Assembly: GCA_002708715.1 (NCBI GenBank)
Contig: PAPB01000024.1
Span: 33,320-97,319, forward strand
Length of the DNA stretch: 64,000 nt
Direction: 5' to 3'
Source of the DNA: Fidelibacterota bacterium
GTDB lineage: Bacteria > Fidelibacterota > Marinisomatia > Marinisomatales > UBA1611
Position 1 is the first letter of the stretch. Every line of letters begins with the position of its first letter. The translations under genes were made by a program, and so were the position numbers. The notes under the pieces were generated by a model, which saw only the letters and a list, made by a program, of their open reading frames with translations, ran no database searches and was not told the origin of the DNA. Positions 8,087 to 16,501 of the stretch are shown piece by piece.

Positions 8087-10330
8087 TTATTTTTTGTTTG
8101 TATTTGGCAATACTAAACAAAGAGCTGGTAATAGTGTAAGGTCGCAGATTAGGGCAGTTCCGATCATTGCAGATGAAAGTAGTCCAAATTGATAGGTAGG
8201 TAGGAATGCCGATAGTAATAGAACAGAAAAACCTGTGACAAGAACGGATGTAGTAATTAACAAGGCTGAACCTGTATTCATAATGGTTGCTTTAATTGCA
8301 TTTGTTCGATTTTGCCCCATACGTAGTTCTTTTCTGTAGCGAAGTAGAAAGTGCAAACTGTCATCAACTGCAATCCCAAGAGCAACAGCAAATGTCATCG
8401 CAGTTGGAGGACGAATTGATATCCCCATCCATGCTAAAATCCCGAGCACTGTAAATATAGGAATAAGGTTTGTTATGAGACTTGCAAAAAGAATAGAGTT
8501 AGCTCGAAACATAAATGCCATTATAATGCTGATTAAAATCAAAGCGAGTCCCAGACTATTGATAAGCGATTGAACAAGATAGTCATTTGTTTTTAATGCA
8601 ACTACAGTTGTTCCCGTATACTCGAGATCAATATAATTAGAGAACACTTTTGAAATTGAATCTAGTTTAGAATAAATAATTTTCATTTCATCAGAAGTCT
8701 TATCCTCGATAAGTCCTGTTATTCTCAAAATAGTCTGCTTATCATTTACAAGCTTCATTTGTTGATTTGACTGATTTTTTACAATTTGCTTGATAAGTTG
8801 TTCATCATTTATTTTTTCAAGGTTTTTTGAATATATTCTTTTTGCAGATGCAATGAGGTTGTTTATTGAAAAGAACCGGCTGTTTTTCAATTCTGATTTA
8901 AGAAGAGTTTCAACTTCTTTGGATATTTCCAAAATTTTTTGATTAAGTACCGAAGTATTTTTATCATTTCTTTGCTCATTTATTTTTATTAAAACTTCAA
9001 AAGGTAAAACTCCTCCGAAATATTTTTCTGTGAGTTTAAGGTCTTGATATAATTTGTTTTTTGGTCTTAGATCATCCATTAAAGATGAATTTGTGGATAT
9101 ATCTTTTATTTTGTAAGTACATGTAATCACAATTACGCTAGGTATTAAAATAAACATCCAGGGATTTTTTGGGATGGAATTGGATAACCAAGAAAGAACA
9201 GGCAGAAAAAAATCTTTCTTTTTTACATGGAAATTTTTAGAAAAAATTATTCCAGAAGGAACAACCAATATAGAAACTAACCAAGCAATCATAACTCCAA
9301 TAGAGATCTCCATTCCAAATTCTTGAACAATTTTAATTGATGTTGTCATCAAGGCTAAAAACCCAATTGAAGTAGTTATGCTTGTTAAAAATATGACCCT
9401 AGACATTTGAGACATGGTTTGGAACATTGCCTTCTTGGGATTAGAAGGGTTCATTAAGAAGTTTTCTCTAAATCTAGCTTGAATATGTATGGCATCTCCT
9501 ATCCCAATAATAAAAAGAAGTGTAGGAACAATATAGGTCATAATATTTATTTCTAATCCTGTTAAACCCATAATCCCGAGGAGCCAAATAACTGTTATTA
9601 AAACTGTAAGCATTGGTAAAAAAACGTATACCCAGTTTCTAAAAACAAATGTTAGAATTGAGATCAATAGAAAAGCTATTGGTGGTAAAAATAGAAAATT
9701 ATCTCTAAGCATATAACGAACATATTCGCTTCGCAAAACAGATACTCCTGAAAATGTCCATTCCGCGAATTGATCTGTGGTTAATTGTTTTATTTCTTCA
9801 ACTAGAGCAGTTCGGTTTTTATGATTATTTGCATTATCTTTAAGAGAAACTATTATTGCCCCATATTGCAAATCTTTTGATAGTACTCGTGATCCAATCG
9901 ATGGATCCTGCTGGATATATTTTAATTTTTCCGTAATATGTTTTTCATTCCAATTATAGGAGTTGTTATAGAAATCTCCTAGCCATGCATTTTCGTCAAC
10001 ATCACTAAGAGTGAAAATGGAGGCAATACTTTCCACTCCATTTAACGACTCGATTTTATAGGTTAAATCTTCTAGCTCGATATATAAATTTTTTTCATAA
10101 ACATTATATGGTTTATAGATAATAGTTATTACATTATCTTCTCTTCCAAATGTATCTCTAAAAGAAAAATATTTTTCTACGTTGGGATCATTTTTGGAAA
10201 ATAAATGTTCAATGGAGAAATCAATCTTTAGTTTTGGAATAGATAGTGCCAGAACTATGGTAATAACAAATACAATAGACAGAGTGATTTTGGGATGATC
10301 AATAACAGAATGGAAAAATCGATTTAACAT
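8087..10330 (-). CDS. MMPL / RND-superfamily membrane transporter
   Basis: 747 aa with two hydrophobic 5-6 TM bundles, each preceded by a large soluble loop. Sequence around GIGDAIHI and ALGIAVDDSLHFL is typical of MMPL/SSD exporters. Confidence 0.8.
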   Translation of the reverse strand: MLNRFFHSVIDHPKITLSIVFVITIVLALSIPKLKIDFSIEHLFSKNDPNVEKYFSFRDTFGREDNVITIIYKPYNVYEKNLYIELEDLTYKIESLNGVESIASIFTLSDVDENAWLGDFYNNSYNWNEKHITEKLKYIQQDPSIGSRVLSKDLQYGAIIVSLKDNANNHKNRTALVEEIKQLTTDQFAEWTFSGVSVLRSEYVRYMLRDNFLFLPPIAFLLISILTFVFRNWVYVFLPMLTVLITVIWLLGIMGLTGLEINIMTYIVPTLLFIIGIGDAIHIQARFRENFLMNPSNPKKAMFQTMSQMSRVIFLTSITTSIGFLALMTTSIKIVQEFGMEISIGVMIAWLVSILVVPSGIIFSKNFHVKKKDFFLPVLSWLSNSIPKNPWMFILIPSVIVITCTYKIKDISTNSSLMDDLRPKNKLYQDLKLTEKYFGGVLPFEVLIKINEQRNDKNTSVLNQKILEISKEVETLLKSELKNSRFFSINNLIASAKRIYSKNLEKINDEQLIKQIVKNQSNQQMKLVNDKQTILRITGLIEDKTSDEMKIIYSKLDSISKVFSNYIDLEYTGTTVVALKTNDYLVQSLINSLGLALILISIIMAFMFRANSILFASLITNLIPIFTVLGILAWMGISIRPPTAMTFAVALGIAVDDSLHFLLRYRKELRMGQNRTNAIKATIMNTGSALLITTSVLVTGFSVLLLSAFLPTYQFGLLSSAMIGTALICDLTLLPALCLVLPNTNKK

Positions 10331-10382
10331 ATTTTAAATTGAATTTTTTATTATGAATAAGGTATTTTTTAAAAAGAATTAT

Positions 10383-11168
10383 TTAAAAAGATTTTTTAGA
10401 CCATAAACTAAAAAGTTCTAGCAGTTTAAATGTTATTGGACCCGGAAAACCTTTATTAATTATAATTGAATTTACCTTTGTAACAGGAATAATTCCTGAT
10501 CCGCTATTTGTTAAGAATAATTCATCTACCCGATTAATATCAAATATATTAAGCTTCCCATAATGAATAGGGATCGGTGAGTTCTTAATTATTGTTTTTC
10601 TTGTTATTCCAGGGAGCACATTATTCTTCCGGGTGAATAGGGAATTAGAGATCACCCAAAAAATGTTACTTCGGCTACCTTCTAAAATATTATTTTTTTT
10701 ATCTAGCAATATTGCTTCAAAGCAGTTCTTCCTCTTTGCTATTTCATATGCATTTAAGCAGCCTTTATAATCAGTTGTTTTAATGTGAGGAGAGTCTCTT
10801 GTATAAGAAATAGTTAACGTATCCACACCTTTATAGATTTTTTTATCAAGATTTAAAGAGGTAGAATAAATAATAACCTTATTTTGTGTGACAATAATGC
10901 GTGCTCTTTGATTTTCATCATGGAAATGATTTATAACTATATTTATCATGTTTTTAATTTCTTGCTTTGAATAAATTATTTTTAAATTTATTCTTTGAGC
11001 AGAATTAAAAAGTCGGTCCAAGTGTGGTTCTAGTAAAATAGGTTTATAGTTTTTAGTTCGAAATGTTTCATATAATCCATAGGAAAAGCCAAAAGAATCT
11101 GTCCCAGGTTGAAGTTCATCATCATTAAATGATTCCCAGTTTCCATTTATCAGTGCTTTAATCATCAA
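10383..11168 (-). CDS. class IV aminotransferase family protein (aminodeoxychorismate lyase / branched-chain aminotransferase-like)
   Basis: 261 aa with YGLYETFR, HLDRLFNSA, a candidate catalytic Lys in HIKTTDY, EGSRSNIF and LPGITR motifs of PLP fold-type IV. Confidence 0.75.
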   Translation of the reverse strand: MMIKALINGNWESFNDDELQPGTDSFGFSYGLYETFRTKNYKPILLEPHLDRLFNSAQRINLKIIYSKQEIKNMINIVINHFHDENQRARIIVTQNKVIIYSTSLNLDKKIYKGVDTLTISYTRDSPHIKTTDYKGCLNAYEIAKRKNCFEAILLDKKNNILEGSRSNIFWVISNSLFTRKNNVLPGITRKTIIKNSPIPIHYGKLNIFDINRVDELFLTNSGSGIIPVTKVNSIIINKGFPGPITFKLLELFSLWSKKSF

Positions 11169-11194
11169 CTCTAAATAAAAAAAATGTTAGTATT

Positions 11195-12337
11195 TTAATT
11201 TTTAGTAACCTTCCCATCTGTTTTTAGTTTTTTGTTTCGTTTCCATTCAGACTTAGCGTAAAGCAACAAGGGGAATCCAATAAACATACAAAAAATACCC
11301 TGTATGAGAAATCTAAAATCAATTCTAACAAAAAACACAAACAGTAAAAATAATGCAAATAAAGTTAATAGAGTACCACAGCCTATTAAAAATCCAAAGG
11401 TAGTCATTCGTTTATTATATAATTTTTTATCTATAATCTCTTTTGGTGTATCTGATTCTATTTCATCTTTTGAGGGAAGTGCATTAGTATTCGTTTTATT
11501 CAGTTTATTGTGTAGTAAAGACAATTCCTTAAAAGAGTGTTTTATATCATTCATATCCTTTATGTTGTGATTAATAATCCTATATTTTATTAAAATTGAA
11601 TTATTATCAAATTTCCATGTCCAATTAGGATTTTTAATTATTTGTTTACGAATATTTTTGTTAAATAGTGCTCTAATTTTTGCTTGGTCTTCTCCAGCTA
11701 AATCAAATTTTTTTGAAAATTCTTCATCAGAAATAAAATTAATATCATCGGGGTTAGGGGATATGCTGTCTATCCATTCATGTATTGGGTCAACGCTGCA
11801 TTTTGGAAAGTTAAGAGTATCTGATTTAAAATGAATAACACGATAGTAGGTGGAATTATTTTTTCCTTTTGGGATTCGTTGCGTTCCAATCATTATATAT
11901 GGCTTAACGGAATCTTTAGTGCATAAAATATTTATTAGGGTTTGTCTTGAAAAAATTGCTCCATAGAAACACCTTAGGATTGAGTCAGGTTTTATTTTTT
12001 TATCAGAGTTCCATATATCATTTTCTAGTTTCCCAATATCATTTGCATAGGGGGTGTAATAATCTCTAACTTTTTTTTGGTAAACTAACCAAGAAAAAAA
12101 ATTTAAATTTTTTTGTGGCGCTACCGTTCTATTATCTAAATCCAGATCATTCGCAATAGACTCCAGTTCTCTATATCTTTTTTCTTTTCTTTCTTTTGGA
12201 TCGAAATAACCATTTATAAGCCATTGGGGAATAATAATTAATAAAAGTGTGATATGCGATAGAATAAATATTGCAGGAATAAAAAGTATCCAGAAATTAA
12301 GATCGCTTAAGATCTGTCCATGTGATGATAGAAACAT
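11195..12337 (-). CDS. hypothetical membrane protein (1 N-terminal TM, about 270-aa soluble middle, 2 C-terminal TM)
   Basis: 380-aa uninterrupted ORF. Hydrophobic segments are FWILFIPAIFILSHITLLLIIIP, FGFLIGCGTLLTLFALFLLFVFFV and IFCMFIGFPLLLY. I recognise no family motif. Confidence 0.5.
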   Translation of the reverse strand: MFLSSHGQILSDLNFWILFIPAIFILSHITLLLIIIPQWLINGYFDPKERKEKRYRELESIANDLDLDNRTVAPQKNLNFFSWLVYQKKVRDYYTPYANDIGKLENDIWNSDKKIKPDSILRCFYGAIFSRQTLINILCTKDSVKPYIMIGTQRIPKGKNNSTYYRVIHFKSDTLNFPKCSVDPIHEWIDSISPNPDDINFISDEEFSKKFDLAGEDQAKIRALFNKNIRKQIIKNPNWTWKFDNNSILIKYRIINHNIKDMNDIKHSFKELSLLHNKLNKTNTNALPSKDEIESDTPKEIIDKKLYNKRMTTFGFLIGCGTLLTLFALFLLFVFFVRIDFRFLIQGIFCMFIGFPLLLYAKSEWKRNKKLKTDGKVTKN

Positions 12338-12504
12338 AAATTATATCCTATGCACTGGTTATTCAATATTACGAAACATCTAAGAAAATATTCTATTTGC
12401 GATAGTTTTTATTATTAATGATCTTTCGAATGTATGAACATTTGAAATGTTGTAAAATATTGACCAATATTTCAACATGATATCTTATTTAATACTTAAT
12501 AAAT

Positions 12505-15138
12505 ATGTCTAGACAAAAATTAGAAAAGACCTATAATCCTGAACCAGTTGAAAAAAAATGGTATAAGCATTGGCTTTCTAAAGATTATTTTTCTGCAGAT
12601 TCAAAATCAAGCAAAGAGGCCTATACGATTGTTATCCCGCCTCCAAATGTAACTGGTATGTTAACGGTGGGTCATGTTTTGAATAATACAATACAAGATA
12701 TTTTAATTCGAAAAGCAAGGATGGAGGGAAAAGAAGCGTGTTGGATCCCAGGCACAGATCATGCTTCTATTGCAACTGAAACGAAAGTTGTTGAAATGCT
12801 TCAGGGCAAAGGGATTAATAAAAAAGATTTATCTCGAGAAGAATTTTTAGAACATGCCTGGGACTGGAAAGAAAAATATGGTGGTATTATTATTGAGCAA
12901 CTTAAAAGGCTTGGTTGTTCATGCGATTGGGATAAAGAAATTTTTACGATGGATGATGATTATAATCAAGCGGTGTTAACTGCTTTTGTTAAATTATATG
13001 AAAAAGGTTTTATCTATAAAGGTTATAGGTTAGTTAATTGGTGTCCTATTTCTAAATCGGCGATTAGTGATGAAGAGGTAATTCACAAAGAAAAAAATGG
13101 TTCTCTTTGGTATTTTCGTTATCCAATAAAAAATTCAAATGAATATGTAGTTGTAGTTACGACAAGGCCCGAAACGATGCTTGGAGATACTGCTGTAGCA
13201 ATTAATCCCGATGATGATAGATATCAGCATTTGATAGGAGAGAATATTATCCTTCCTTTTGTTAAAAGAGAGATTCCTATTATCGCAGATAAATATGTTG
13301 ATCCTGAATTTGGTACAGGGTGTGTTAAGATTACTCCTGCGCATGATCCAAATGATTTTTTAATTGGTGAAAGGCATAACCTTGAGTTTATAAATATTAT
13401 GAAAGAAGATGCTTCAATGAATTCGAATGTGCCAGAAAAATATGTAGGGATGTCACGTGAGCAAGCTCGCAAAGCGATTGTAAAAGATTTTGAATTAAAT
13501 GGTCTCTTAGAGAAAAAAGAAGATTATCAAACAAAAGTAGGATACTCAGAACGAGGTCAAGTGCCTATTGAATTTTATATGTCTGAGCAATGGTTCATGA
13601 AAATGGATGAGCTTATAAAGCCAGCTATAGATGCGGTAAGCAATGGAAAAATTAACTTTCATCCGAAGCATTGGACTAAAACCTATAATCATTGGATGTC
13701 AAATATCAAAGATTGGTGTATTAGTCGTCAGTTATTGTGGGGGCATCAAATACCTGTTTGGTATCACAAAGATGATAAAACAAAAATACATGTTTCTATT
13801 GATGAGCCAAATGATTCTGAAAATTGGATTCGTGATAAAGATGTTCTTGATACTTGGGCAAGTTCCTGGCTCTGGCCAATGGGGGTGCATTCCTGGCCTA
13901 ATACGGATGAAAGTTTGGAAAAGTTTTACCCTACTAATACTTTAGTTACTGGACCAGACATCATATTTTTTTGGGTAGCTAGAATGATAATGTCAGGATA
14001 TGAATTTATGGGCGAATTACCATTTAAAGATGTTTATTTCACCTCTATCCTTAGAGATGAGACTGGAAAAAAATTAAGCAAATCTCTTGGCAATTCTCCT
14101 AATCCACTTGATTTGTTTGATGAATATGGAACTGATGCTGTTCGTTTTGGAGTTATGTTAATGGCGCCACAAGGCTTAGATGTACTTTTTTCAAAAGAAA
14201 GGCTTGAAATTGGGCGAAATTTTATGAACAAACTTTGGAATGCTTGTAGATTTTTGCAGATGAATATGCCTGACCAAGATTTTCCTAATGTGGAATTAGA
14301 TCATAAAAATATAGACCTACCTGAGCAATGGATTTTGAGCAGGCTCTCAAAGACGATTAATGATTACAATAACCATTTAGACAGGTTTCATTTTAATGAA
14401 GCTGCTAAATCTTTATATGATTTTACATGGAATGATTTTTGTGATTGGTATGTAGAAATAGCAAAAACTCGATTTTATGGTAATGATGATAAAAAGGCTG
14501 ATATGGCAAGATCAATTTCGCTTGAGTGTGTTCGTACGGTTTTAATATTATTGCATCCATTTTCACCTTTTATTACAGAAGAACTTTGGTCTTATTTTAG
14601 AAATAAAGATTCAAGTGACATTATTATTTCTGAGTGGAAAAAAACTGGCGGTTGTGAAAATATGGTTGCTGAAAAAAATATGGGTATTTTAAAAGATATT
14701 ATAATAGCCATTAGATCTGTTCGAAGTCGGATGAATGTGGCTCCATCGAAGTATTCAGATTTAGTAATACAATGCAAAGATAATGAACAAGTGTTTTTGA
14801 ATAATCATATAGATTTACTTAAATCTTTAGGAAGAATTGATGAGGTTTCAATGGGTTCGGCTATTGATAAGCCAACACAATCTGCAACAATAATATCGGG
14901 TGGTATGGAGTTGTATATTCCACTTGGAGGTTTAGTAAATTTGGAAGAGGAAAAAACTAGGATGGAAAAAAGAATTATAGATATTAATAGATTATTATCA
15001 AGTATCGATTCAAAATTATCCAATGAAAATTTTTTAAAAAGAGCTCCAGAATCTGTTGTCGAAAGAGAACGATCTAATAAAGAAAAGTTGAATGAAGAAT
15101 TCAAAAAAATCACTAAAAATATGGAGATGATTCAATGA
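12505..15138 (+). CDS. valS: valine--tRNA ligase
   Basis: 877 aa with PPPNVTGMLTVGHVLN (HIGH region), KLSKSLGN (KMSKS), a class Ia editing domain and a C-terminal coiled coil. Confidence 0.95.
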   Translation: MSRQKLEKTYNPEPVEKKWYKHWLSKDYFSADSKSSKEAYTIVIPPPNVTGMLTVGHVLNNTIQDILIRKARMEGKEACWIPGTDHASIATETKVVEMLQGKGINKKDLSREEFLEHAWDWKEKYGGIIIEQLKRLGCSCDWDKEIFTMDDDYNQAVLTAFVKLYEKGFIYKGYRLVNWCPISKSAISDEEVIHKEKNGSLWYFRYPIKNSNEYVVVVTTRPETMLGDTAVAINPDDDRYQHLIGENIILPFVKREIPIIADKYVDPEFGTGCVKITPAHDPNDFLIGERHNLEFINIMKEDASMNSNVPEKYVGMSREQARKAIVKDFELNGLLEKKEDYQTKVGYSERGQVPIEFYMSEQWFMKMDELIKPAIDAVSNGKINFHPKHWTKTYNHWMSNIKDWCISRQLLWGHQIPVWYHKDDKTKIHVSIDEPNDSENWIRDKDVLDTWASSWLWPMGVHSWPNTDESLEKFYPTNTLVTGPDIIFFWVARMIMSGYEFMGELPFKDVYFTSILRDETGKKLSKSLGNSPNPLDLFDEYGTDAVRFGVMLMAPQGLDVLFSKERLEIGRNFMNKLWNACRFLQMNMPDQDFPNVELDHKNIDLPEQWILSRLSKTINDYNNHLDRFHFNEAAKSLYDFTWNDFCDWYVEIAKTRFYGNDDKKADMARSISLECVRTVLILLHPFSPFITEELWSYFRNKDSSDIIISEWKKTGGCENMVAEKNMGILKDIIIAIRSVRSRMNVAPSKYSDLVIQCKDNEQVFLNNHIDLLKSLGRIDEVSMGSAIDKPTQSATIISGGMELYIPLGGLVNLEEEKTRMEKRIIDINRLLSSIDSKLSNENFLKRAPESVVERERSNKEKLNEEFKKITKNMEMIQ

Positions 15139-16481
15139 AAATAATTTACATCTCATTTTTATTTATCATTTTTCTTTGCGCTCAATCTCAAAATGCTACT
15201 CTTACAATTTATAAAGATGGGACTGCCCTAGTGAAACAGCCAGTGGGTTGGACAACAAAACCTGGATATAACTATATAACATGGAATAAGCTTCCTAATG
15301 GTATTGATCGTGATACACCATTCTTAAATCTTTCTGGAGCTGATATTGTTTCTCAACGTTTTAATGATGATGTTTTTTCGGGGGCTGAGTATTTTAATGG
15401 ACTGCGTGGTAAACAAATCCAGGTAAAGCCCAGAGACGGAAAGCTTATAAAAGGTACCCTTTTAGAAATTACTAAAGAGTCTATTACATTATCGCGGCAA
15501 TCCGCAGGAATAATTTCTTTTAATAGAAGTGAAATTCAATCTCTTGGCACTAAATCTCAAAAAGAAAATCCAACTTTTAATCCGTATCTTTCATGGAAAT
15601 TAAAATCTAAAGGGAATAGTGATGTATCTGGTGAACTGGTATATAAATCTAGTAATTTTTTATGGACTACAGTTTATCGATTAAAAATGTTAAATGAAGA
15701 GAAAGGTGAATTAATCGCTGAGGCAGTTATTTCAAATAGTTCTAATATGGATTTTGAAAATGTCAGTTTGCAATTAGTTGAAGGTAATTTAAATAAGATT
15801 AATACTAGACGGCCAAAGCCTGATTCAGTAAATAGACCCTTAAAAATGTCTATGCAGAATGATGCAATGCAAAATATGGATAAGAATGAATTGGGAGATT
15901 ATCATATTTATTCTTTAAATGATAAACATAATCTTGGGGCGAAAGAGAGTATAACAGTAAGGATGTATGGACCATTAGAAGTTGGTTATAATAAAAAATA
16001 TGTTTTTGAAAATAGTGAAAGAAGACAAAAAGAAGAGCCTTTAGAAGTTCAGCTTACGATGCAAAACACAGAATCAAATGGTCTTGGAATTTCCTTGCCT
16101 GGGGGGAAAGTAGAAATTTATTCCTCTACTGGATCAACAGGTCTAGAGTATATAGGTGCAGATAGAATGGGTCAAGTTCCAAAAGGAAGGTCTACTACTT
16201 TAATTTCAGGAAGAGCTTTTGATGTAGTTGGTAATCGAAAAGTTCTTAATTATGATAGGCAAAGAAAAAGTGAAGAGGCCGTTATTGAGATTAAGGTTAC
16301 CAATGCAAGAAATGAAGAAGTTGAGATATTGCTTGTTGAACATATTAATGGAGACTGGATAATTAAAGATCCTTCTTTAAATTATCAAAAGAAAGATGCC
16401 TCCACAATTCATTTTGTTTTTAAAGTCCAGGCAAGTGAGACAAAAAGCGTTTATTATACTTATCGAAAAGAGTGGAAATAA
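15135..16481 (+). CDS. DUF4139-like secreted protein (MuiA-like family), function unknown
   Basis: 448 aa with a signal peptide. The N-terminal ATLTIYKDGTALVKQ pattern and overall length resemble DUF4139 proteins. ATGA overlap with the valS stop. Confidence 0.5.
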   Translation: MKIIYISFLFIIFLCAQSQNATLTIYKDGTALVKQPVGWTTKPGYNYITWNKLPNGIDRDTPFLNLSGADIVSQRFNDDVFSGAEYFNGLRGKQIQVKPRDGKLIKGTLLEITKESITLSRQSAGIISFNRSEIQSLGTKSQKENPTFNPYLSWKLKSKGNSDVSGELVYKSSNFLWTTVYRLKMLNEEKGELIAEAVISNSSNMDFENVSLQLVEGNLNKINTRRPKPDSVNRPLKMSMQNDAMQNMDKNELGDYHIYSLNDKHNLGAKESITVRMYGPLEVGYNKKYVFENSERRQKEEPLEVQLTMQNTESNGLGISLPGGKVEIYSSTGSTGLEYIGADRMGQVPKGRSTTLISGRAFDVVGNRKVLNYDRQRKSEEAVIEIKVTNARNEEVEILLVEHINGDWIIKDPSLNYQKKDASTIHFVFKVQASETKSVYYTYRKEWK

Positions 16482-16501
16482 TCCACTAAAGGTATAAAAC
16501 A

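Noticed and set aside
13643-13945. 100-aa same-strand out-of-frame ORF within valS, plus several short minus-strand ORFs at 13135-13472 and 14034-15113.
   Set aside because: valS is continuous and motif-complete across this region. The alternative frames give compositionally odd peptides with no family signature.
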